From Paraspadella gotoi (lineage: Eukaryota; Animalia; Chaetognatha): 64,000 nt of DNA. Shown here one piece after another: positions 53,462 to 64,000 of this stretch; positions within the stretch are counted from its first letter, which is position 1; each line of letters starts with the position of its first letter. Under the pieces are notes generated by a model, which saw only the letters and a list, made by a program, of their open reading frames with translations, had not been told where the DNA came from and did not search any database. The stretch lies in assembly GCA_051294375.1 (NCBI GenBank), contig CM119269.1:15139918-15203917 (forward strand). The letters are read 5' to 3'. The translations under genes were made by a program, and so were the position numbers.

Positions 53462-54468
53462 CGGCTTAAACGGGCCAAATCATAATGAACGGTCAAATTA
53501 AGGTAACGCATATCTAATAAGCACTTCCAAGTGTATAAAAACAAAACCGAATACTCAAAGCGATGTTCGTAAAAAATAGATTTTGGAAAAAATCTACACA
53601 CTCGCTGATATTGCGTATATGTATCAACTGCATTTAATCATTTATACATAGACGAGTAAATAATACGAAGCCGTGGAACTTCGCTCCCTTTTGTCGACAT
53701 TGTCGACGATTGTCTATTGTCTAACTAATTCGATGTAGCTTCACAATCGTGATTAAAAACTGCATTAATTCTATGTCTAACGTGACTTGAGGAAAAGTTG
53801 ACACAAAAACAGGATCTGCTTAAAAATAAATGGATGAATCGAAGGCAAGTTAAATGGCACTTGGATAACAAAAATGTCGTTACGGAAAAATTTCAAATTC
53901 ACAAAATTACCACATTTATCATTATGGAATTAAATTTTGAGTCAAAAAATAAATAGCAATATTTACAAAACATTGGAGCTAAGACTATGTTTTACCCAAC
54001 TGAAACACAGAAGGTGAGTTTTGTGTAACGAGAGTTAGCCCAAGTCAAAAGCTAAATTTTCTTCTGCAAAAGTATACTCGAAAAACCATAGTGACAAATA
54101 TTTGTGAAGTTTATAAACTTTTAATCTAGTAATTTCTAAACCCGGCCCGACAGAAAAAGCTATTTTTACTCAATATTTTTTTCTCGAAAATATGATTCTT
54201 GATGAAAATATGATTCTTGATGAAGTTTATTCGCCTTCCATTTGAATTTCTCTTAATGAGAACTTACTATAGTTTATCTGTACACATCACAGTTCAATGA
54301 TCATTTCTTCTGTAACGTTCTAATTAGCTTCTAGAACGTTACATTACACGTTCACTTATCATTAAATCTTTCAATAAATTAGCCTAAAAATAAATCTTTC
54401 TAAAGAAAATACTGAATAAGAAAAAGTCAGGAAAAAACGAAAAAACCGACCTAGCGCTATAAACGAAT

Positions 54469-57400
54469 TCACGATTTTCCGGTGGCGCCAGGAGTACCAA
54501 CTGGCGTTTCGACGGCGCCGGCACCGTGTGACGACGCCAGGGCTTCCAAGTTTGATTCCGAATTTTGCGGAGAGTCCATGAATTCCTCGTTGATGACGTT
54601 CTGCGTTTAAAGTGCAACGATACAAACTGAGAATCTTGCTTCCCGTAGGATTTTTAAAAAGTCAGCTACCTGCAACATAGGTATGGTAGATGCTCCTGTC
54701 GGGGTGAAAGTAATATGACGGGAACTGAGCACATAGTCGGCACGGTTCTTGGCATCTGCAGGGCCCCAATCCACCGTCGGACGTATCAGCTTTTTTATAC
54801 GATCCAGTATGGCCCCCTCTTCGTGAATGATCTAACAAAAAACATTTTTAATCATTATGATAAAGGATGAATATTTATTTGGACAGAAGGTAAGATTTTT
54901 TAACAAACTTGAAATAAAAAAAAATCTACCCACCTGCCAAACGGCTAACCCAGGTATGAACAAAACGGACAAAAACGATATAAAAAGTCCGAGAGTATCC
55001 GCCCACAGTGGAAAAACATATTCTCCATACTCGGACGATTTGCCTTTAGCTTTGTCCACAAACGTGAAGATTAAAATAAAAATCAATGTAGCCTGTAGAC
55101 AAGCAAATCACTTAGTTTTACAAGACGGAAAAAAGGACCAAATAATTGAAACATCTTGTAACGTATTGAGGCAACTTGAATTAAAAATTAATTTCGAGCA
55201 CTCTGAAAATTGAGTCCCGTATAAACACCATAAATAATGATCCGACCGAAAAAAAAACTAACACTAATTGACTTCTTTTTATCATTAATTACCGGAGAAA
55301 TGAAACCCCAGAAATATTTCCAAAGTCGGCTGGGCCTGTACCCAATCATCATAGCCATGTCGTCAAGCAGTCGGTCGATACCATATATAAAGGTAAAGAT
55401 GATGCACTCGCAAATGCAGATGACGATGATGGACCATGAGGCCACGTAATTGTCGAGCAATTGGAGGATGTACATTCCAGCTCCGGAGCAAAGGGGAAGA
55501 CCTGGATAATGGCGAATGGCGACGGGGGGGGGAAGAAGTGCGAACGTAAACTCATCAGTCATTTATCAATCTTTCATAATCCGTATTCATAATTTACCTA
55601 TTAAGAAACCGGCGATGCAAAAGACGATGGTCGTCTCAAGACGGCGCGCCATCAGTCGGATGTCCGAATCGATGATTGTGGAGACGACGGTGGTGACTAT
55701 GGCGATTTGTGTCCCGATGCCCAGAGTCAAGATCATCATGAAGAAGAGCACGGACCAGAAAGGAGATAAGGGCATCTTGGAAATGGCCTCTGGGTAAGCC
55801 ACGAACGCAAGGCCCGCTCCCTAGACAAGTCCCGTATTTAGTTTAGCGTGATTGCGGAACCACTTACTTTCAATCACTGACCTCGGCGGCAACTTCGGAA
55901 ACTTCCTTCCCCAATGTGTGAGCCATGAAGCCAATGACGGAAAAAATGACGAAGCCAGAAAAGATAGCAGTACCCGCGGTAACGCCAGTGATAAAGTAAG
56001 TGTCGCGCAAAACGTTGCCGTAGAAAGGCTTGTAAGAGGCAAGAGTCAACACTCCTCCCCAACCACACGAGAGAGAAAAGGTCACCTGAAATGAGGAAAG
56101 ATTCGATAGGAAAGTTAAATTTATAAACTTGGCATCGAACATTATAAAGAAAAAGAAAAACAAAAAACACACAAATCAAGCATTGAAACAAACTTGGACG
56201 GCTGCATCAGCCCAGACTTCGGGTTCGGCCATCTTGGTCCAGTTGGGTGTAATATAGAAATCGATGCCTTTTTTGCATCCCTCCAGTGTTAATCCCCGGA
56301 CCAAAAGAATCAGAAGAACGATATAAGGAAAAATAGCAGTAAAGTAAGCCACTTTACCCGACGATTGAGGACCTTAAAATAAACATTTTTATTAGGCCAT
56401 AAGTCTACAGTAGCTTTGCTAAGGTTTTATCGATCCAACTCTTCTCACTCTCCAGAATTTCATCCAAACATTCAACAAAAAGACTAAATTCAGACTTTTG
56501 GTGACAACAACAACAATAAATTTTAGAAAATACTTAAGAATGAGACCTTTGACAATGACGCCAAAGACGACGATCCAAGCAACGAATAGAGCGAGGACCA
56601 GTTGCCATTTCAGAGAACCGAGATTGTGAAGACCTTCGGTGATTTCAAGAACGCCGGCGTGGAAAAACTCATCCGCTGGGTTCGTCAGATTTGATAATTT
56701 GGGAGACATCACGTAAGTAATGGAACGGTTCACTGCCAGATCCTTTTCAAAATTTTTAAAACGGGAAAATAATTTTTTTTTATTAATTCCAAAAATAATA
56801 GAATTAAAATTTGGGTCATATTAATATTTTTATTCCACAATAATGTTTCGATTTTTTAAGTCTTAGTTTTCAGTGGCGAGTAGCCATTTTTATATATTTT
56901 GATAATTATATGATGGCATACAAACAAAAACATAAATATTAGAGGTAAAGTATGTTTAAAGTGCTTTAAAAATTTGTTGCTACCAAAATACCAATATAAA
57001 AAATAAAGAGCGAAAAAGCACTAAAAGTTATACATGGTAAGTTATCCTTTCACAACTGTTTCTTCATTTTTAAAACATTTCTTTCAAGTAGTTTATAGTT
57101 TTGTAGTTTGATTTTGGATTAAACTTATTTCTACCCGTCCCTCGAGACAAGCGTTGCAGAATTTTATTGTAGCCTTCTTATAGGCTTCTCATAGCAAAGG
57201 AAAGTACCAGACTCTTGTTAATAAAAACTGTTTGCTCTCTCTCTCTCTCTCAATATTTTTTCACTGACAATTTTTGAACGCCTCGCCAAATTTGGATGGA
57301 ACTTGCATAAACGTAAACGTAACACCAATCGTTTTGGCTTTTAATAAGCTTTATTTTATATCTCTACATCTTTTTGAAATCAGGACATCCAATATGGGTT

Positions 57401-58916
57401 TTTTTCGTCGTAAAGAAGTGGGAACCTTTTTTGGCACCGCAGTGTATTTAGTAGAAAGATAAGGCACCCTAAGCCCTTCAACGTGCATATGTAATATTTA
57501 ACATACTTGTTCACTGTTCAGTCACGTAATCTCCTTAAAAAGCAATCACATAACCCGGAATTAAAAGCAGATAAGTAATCAACAATTGTGATGGGTAAAT
57601 TTCAAATTTCTAAATCCCGAAAATTCACGGGAAAAGAAATTCATTGGGGTGCAACATTTTTATCTTCAACAAATTGAATGACTCACGTAATAAGTGCAGT
57701 TGCCATTTTCGTAAAGTCCAGATTTAAGTGCGCACTCCGTAGTCATATTGATTTTTAGCTCTTCGAATTTTCCGGCACATTCTGGAGAGTTCCATGGATT
57801 TTCACAATGTGACCTAGAAAAAAACGTTATGAAAATTGGACAACAAATAAAAAAAATTATGCATTCATTTAATTAACAAGTTATCTGGCCTGCTGACATC
57901 CCTCTTTCAAGATAATAACATAAGACCCTGCAAGCTTTCAATAAAGATTCTCTCGCAGTCTCGCAGTTTATTAACTCAGAGAGATTGGCTTCCATATTAT
58001 TGAAGTGATATAATATTTTAAATTGTTTAATTTGTATAAAAAGACCACTCCCTTAAGTATGAAAAAGTGTTAAAACTAAGAGATCAACAATATCAACAGA
58101 TCAAGTTAAAAGTCATGACATAAATATTGTTTGCTTGTTATAACTTCATTTCTATATTTTATTACTTTTTTTTAAAGCTCTGCCGACGCTTACCATGGTA
58201 ATCTCGAGGTAAACGAGTAAAAGAGAAAAACAAAGGCCCAGGCGATGATCATGTTGTAATAAGGGGCGACAACGCCAGACACCATCACCATCGCGAAACC
58301 CATTCCTTTGAATAGCGGGCACAAGCGCCACACGTTGACGGCTCCCGACGAGGAGAACTGCCCGATGGACATCTCGGATAAAAATAACGGTACGCCTTTT
58401 AAAAAAACCGAAATATAAAAAAAAATAACTAAATATATATGTGAATGATGTGGTTATGTTTTAATATTACCTGCGAGAATGTTCATTACGATGTAAGGAA
58501 TAAGAAAAGCGCCTCCACCGTTTCTGTAGACGAGGTAAGGGAATCTCCAAAGATTTCCCAAACCGACGGCATAAGACAGACAAGCCATCAAAAAGTCCCA
58601 TTTTCCGGACCACTGCCCGCGGCTGACGGCCTTGATACAGTTTTTTTTTAAATATAAATCGCATAAGATATTCAAAATTTGACAATTAAAAACAAAAAAA
58701 GTTTCAGTTATCGACTAAGTTTGCACTGCGATTCACCGGAGATCTTTCGACACCGAGGTCGGCGGCTTCGTCTCCAGCTTCGATGACGTCTTCGGTCCGC
58801 AGGGCGCTGAACTGAATGTCCTCGTTCCTCGCCATTTTATTGAGATCATTCATCCTGTCGGCGGCGGAGTCGAGATTGCGTGACCCTGGGGTCGAGGAGT
58901 CGTCCTCGAGTCTCAT
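54469..58916 (-). CDS. SLC6 sodium/chloride-dependent neurotransmitter or amino-acid transporter, multi-exon
   Basis: [98 protein letters not shown]; start codon tentative. Confidence 0.92.
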
Positions 58917-59822
58917 CGGTCGAAAACCAGCCGTCTTGTGAACGAATTCGACGCTCCCTTTAAAAAAAGTTTAAATTGTAATTGAGCAGTGAAGTCAGAG
59001 CCAAAAGTTAATGTTTTTTCGTTAAGGAATGTTTTTTAATAGAGTGAACTAATGAAAAAAAATTCGAACATGAAAGAAAGCATTAATCATGTTTAAAATA
59101 CGAAAAAATAGAATTAAGAACAGGGTCTACATTGGCAACAACAATAATGAGCTTCAAATAAAAATAGTTTTACACTTTTCAGAGACATCGTAAAACAGAA
59201 TAACGTAAATGTAAAATATTAATTATTACAAGTAAAAAAAAAATTGTTGTGTAACCGTCACCTAACAGATAAGTGTGGTCTCACCTTCTTTCAACTTTGC
59301 AGATTGATTTCAATTCACTTGGTCCGTATCTTTGTGTTTGAGTATTAAGTTTTCTTGATGTTACCGGATGGTGAAGGGCAGGCGGTGTAATATTATGTTG
59401 GCAAATATGTGACGCAATAGATTCGTTTCGTTACCCATCGAAACGCGTTTAAGCGCTTCAAAAAAGATACTAGGCAAATTTCAGTCAACGAAAATTTTTC
59501 GATACCTAAGTGAGGAGAAAAAAAAACTAACGCCGAACGACGTTAAAAAATCATTTAAGCTACAATGCATTTGCGCATAAATTTTCTCATAAAAAATCAC
59601 TATTTTTTGAAAAACTTCACAATAGAGATACTATTTAAGAAAAAAATTACTTGGCGTACTCAACTTTTTAAAGTATCAAAAACGTCTGACCCGACTTTGA
59701 TCAAAGCTTTCATCAATCACTATTCACTTCGTATTTTGATGAAATTTATATTAATCATAACGAACTTATTGTAGATTAACTAATTAGTTTTTAGTTTAAT
59801 ATTGTCTATACAGAGAATCTTG

Positions 59823-59973
59823 TCTGCATGTCCGTTCACATTAAGCCTAAGTTTACGAACTGAAAAAAACTTCAAATATTACTTATAAATTTTTGGCTGA
59901 AATTAAACGGACGTATTGTCAAAACGTCCGTTTAATTTCAGCCAAAAATTTATATTTATGAACGGACATGCAG
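59823..59973. repeat. Nested inverted repeat (perfect 30-bp inner arms plus 16-bp outer arms)
   Basis: ATAAATTTTTGGCTGAAATTAAACGGACGT and its reverse complement; outer TCTGCATGTCCGTTCA / TGAACGGACATGCAGA. Confidence 0.8.
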
Positions 59974-61519
59974 ATTGTTTGAGCAAAATAGTTGAGTGAT
60001 ATTTTGTTTATCATTAGAAGAAGAGGGAGAGCCAAAGAGGAACATAAGTGCATTCAAGCTAATGAGTGCACGTCAGAAAATCCATCACCTCGAGTTTACT
60101 AATCGAACATCAGGCTCATACTCATTAGAGGGAATGAATGCTGTTACTGGTAACAATTTAGAATAAAGAATTTTAAACAAAATATATAGGACTTGTTTAT
60201 TTAATTCGAGAGATATTGAGATATTGCAAAGATTGCTGAGATTTGCTCATGATGACTATCTCAACATTAGCCACAGCAAGCCATAATTGCCATACAATTC
60301 ATACTTTTTAGGCCCTTTTAAGGCCCTTCCTGTAAATAAAGGTCAGGTTGGAATTTCGAAAAACCAACTGCCAGAATCAGCGCCTTCTGGTAGGTTATTT
60401 GGAAATTATTGGAACTTTTAACTTTTAAAAATGACAAGTTAGTTAACGGGATCTGTAAGAATTATATACTATATATTCTATTGTATTCATTGTATCGTAC
60501 CATTTTTAAGGTCGGTGGCCAAAATAAAAATTTAAAAAAAACGAAGAAAACCTGCGTTTCTAAAAGTCGATTATGAAAGGAATGGAGGAGCAAATGGGAT
60601 TTGGGAAACCAAAGCGAAGAGTCGAGATAACGTCCTCTCTTTAGCCACGAAGTTCGGAGAGGAGAGGAGAGGAGGGCGAGGAGAGCGAGTGAGAACGAAT
60701 GAGATAGAGAGCGAGCATGCGTCATTTTTGGGGGAGAAAGCAAAGATGAAGACAGAGGTTGACTGATCGGCCGTCTATGTTCGACTCGCGCGAAGTTGAA
60801 CATCCTCATTTTGTTACGCGCTAAAAAGGACGCAAAAAACCCGTGGAAAATATATAGTCTTATAAATCATGAGAGATTTATAATGATATGCGGCATCCTT
60901 AATATTAACCAATATTATATAGCAATCTTATTAATAATATAAACGGATATCAAGTATAACAATTATATCAAGCAAGTTACCCAAGTTACTCGAGAGCTAA
61001 TTCTTCTCAAAGATTCAAGCAATCCACCAACTAAATATTCGAATTTGAAAACGAAAAATTTAAGAGAATAAACTTGGTTCGGGACCATCGTTTAAAACAG
61101 CTGCAGTCAGTATTCACAACATGAAAACACGTGAGTTCTAGATTGTATAGGTTGTATAGGTAGTTACGCTCAGTATTTACGTATCAGCTAATAAAACTCA
61201 AATGTAAACCTTTAAGCGAGAAAAGAAGCATTCAGGAGCATAGATATTAGATAATAATGTTGAAGTAATTTTTATCACAAATGATTAACTAGCCAGGCTA
61301 TATATAATATATTGGTTGAACCAATTTCATATATATATCTATATATTACTAAAAGCAGACTTAAAAGAAAAATTTTCATTAACCAAGTGATTAACTCTGA
61401 AGAAGCACAAAAGAAAAAACAAAAAATAACAAACAAAACAAAATAAAATTAATCAAAGAAAATCGGTGCTTATTCTCTTTTTTAGAGAAAGAAAATGTGT
61501 GTGTGTGTGTGAGAGAGAG

Positions 61520-62995
61520 AGAGATAGATAAAAACCCGATGTTGCGATAGCAAAATGATAACATGCACGAATGCGATGCCTAATTTTACGAGTTCAATCC
61601 TAATTCAATTTTTTTTTAATAAAAACGCAGAGAGAGAAGCCAAATCGTTTTCGGACGAATCAGAGGGGCATCAGCAGAGGCAGTCAGAAAAAAAAAAATC
61701 AAAAGGCAGCAGCAGAAAAGAGAGAAAAAGAAAGAGCCCCTGCAGAGCCAGCTGCAGAGAAAGAAATCAAAAGGCAGAAGCAGCAGGAGAAAAGAGAGAA
61801 AAAGAAAGAGCCCCTGCAGAGCCAGCTGCAGACTCGTTTTTTATTTTCCAATGAATCAGCACTAGGGAAAAGAGAGAGAGATAGCTACATATAATTAAAA
61901 GAGAAAGAGAGAAGAAGACATAAAAATAAAATAGAGGATATTTGTTTGTTTTGATAAAACGTAAACAAAACATATTTAATAACTGTCCTGACCCAATTTT
62001 AAGGACATCAATGATGAGAAGCTGAAAATAAATTTTCAGCTTCATACACCCAAATTTAATCATGAAAAAGGCGATCTATAATTTGGAACGCGACAACAAC
62101 GTTGCATTACTTGTTTGAGGTAGAAAATGAATTGTTAATTACATACAACTTTTTTATTATTAAACATAAATTTCATACAGGTAATGTAAGCCTTCATCAG
62201 CGCAAAAGTAAATTGATTGGTAAAAAAAGTTTTCATAGACAAAGAATCAGGGGAAGAGAAAAAGCGAATTAAAAAACGGTTTTTCGATGGTAAAAAGATA
62301 ACATGCGCGACTGGAATGCTTAACATTACGAGTTCGATGCTGGAAAAAATTTCTTTTGAATAAAAAACAAAGAAAGGGAGAGAAAGAGAAAAAAAGAAAG
62401 AGAGAAAGAAAGAAATAAGAAAAAAAAAAAGAACATGGAACTTTCAGCTCAGCCGCTGCAGAGCTAAACTTGCTTTTGGAACAATCAGAAGAGGCAACAA
62501 CTGAGAAAAAGAAATAAAATTTGTTGCCTATATAACAAGCTAATTTGCATATTACATATTATATTATATTTATATATTTATTATTTATTTATATTATATT
62601 ATATTTATTGATTATAAAATGTAAACAAATTTTGATGAATGACCTCATTAGTTTTAAAGGTCCTTGATAATGAGAATATATATCTAAATTTTCAGCTTTG
62701 TACAATTGCAAATAATATTAATATTTGCAATATATATAATATTTGAAATATTATACCACTTTATTGATAGGGAAGCCAGATACTCTAGGAGTGAATAAAC
62801 GAGACTGAGACAGTCGTGATTAAAAGCTTGCAAGGACCTGCCAAATCATTATCTTGTAAGAGTGATGGAGGCCTTAAACCACCAAAGCCTGTCCATAGTC
62901 ATGGGCAATATAGCTTATTTATTAAATGAATGGATAATTTTTATATTTTCATGAGAAGAGATCTATAATTTTTAACGCCAACAACGACGACGCCA
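61520..62995. repeat. Two degenerate related repeat units, with segments shared with 44438-44525 and (inverted) 57890-57965
   Basis: Shared blocks GATAACATGC..TTACGAGTTC, AATTTTCAGCTT..TACA and GATCTATAATTT..AACGC.ACAAC.ACG. Confidence 0.55.
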
Positions 62996-64000
62996 TTTAC
63001 GGGGACCATCGCATTATTGCGACGATAAAAAGTCGTTGTATGTAAACAAACAATTCATTTTCTACCTCAAATGAGTCAAATGCAACATGTGGATGAATGC
63101 AATATCAGCAATTTGACAATCAAGTTTACATAACATACAGATAGACGCCAGTAGTGCATTGATGAACAGGAGAGAGAAATTAATTTTCGTTCACTTTTTC
63201 AAGTTTTTTTGAAAAAATTATAACGAAAAAACTAAAATTTACTATCCTACATAAAAAAACCATATATATTACCAGTGTTGTTTATAGTTTAATTTAAACT
63301 ATTTTACAAACATAAATAACTTTACTAATAATATTTAAAAATAACTATTCATTGAAAATAAAGCAAACGAAACAAAACGCTTCTTAAAACTTACCAAAAT
63401 GTGTTGCAAAACAAGAAAAATATACTTAAATTTTTTTCAATATTATTAAAAAATATATAAAAAATTAACAGGGTTAATAAACAGTCAGGAAAATATAAAG
63501 TACACTGAGCGAGAAATAAAAAAAGCGAAATCATCAGATCAAGAGAAACACGATAGTGTTCAACAATGAATTCAATGATGACCGCAAAAAACAAAAAAGG
63601 CAAGCGATGAAGGCTCCGGAAACAATAGGAAGAGGAAGTTGGGGTTCAAGTGATAAACACAAGGAAGAGCGCGAGGGAAAGGGAGGGAAAGGGTAAGAAA
63701 GGGAGTTTAGACAAAAGGGGAGAGTATGCCAGGGAGAGGGATGGATATGAAAGAAGATAAGATAAAGTCAAACCTCAGATCTGGTGAGCGTTTGACGCTT
63801 TGAAAATAAGCAAGGGAATGAAACGGAAAAAACACCAAGCCAAAGTCGTAGCGAATTAAATTGATTTAACGATTTAAAAAATATTTCGACTTTCATACGC
63901 TGCTTTTGGGAAAATAGGTTAAGCATAAAGTGGAATTTTTTTACAGTACAAGGACCAAGTTACCTTAACAAATTTTGATATTGTCAGCAAATAGGAATAA

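Overview
Eukaryotic (animal, invertebrate-like) genomic window with GC-rich exons, short AT-rich GT-AG introns, many microsatellites and several N gaps. Intron-containing genes: xylulose kinase, C11orf54-type ester hydrolase and Rab27 (tightly packed, + strand); an SLC7/LAT transporter, diacylglycerol lipase, SRSF4/5/6-type splicing factor, bestrophin and SLC6 transporter (all - strand); and a PTB/PID-domain gene (+). The main signal is a set of small non-coding LTR elements from four divergent sequence types (3796-4487, 17081-17508 and 19792-20445, 30033-30289, 51811-52065). Each LTR contains a tRNA-like Pol III promoter followed by a circularly permuted (type-P5) twister ribozyme fold, with covarying pseudoknot pairs and a loop-less self-complementary P1. 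The complete elements also have a shared PBS, a PPT and 4-bp TSDs, so they look like 'twister retrozymes'. Also present: minimal Penelope-type hammerhead motifs in inverted repeats, a Tc1 remnant, foldback/MITE elements and probable assembly duplications. Exon coordinates and RNA folds were read by eye and have not been verified computationally.
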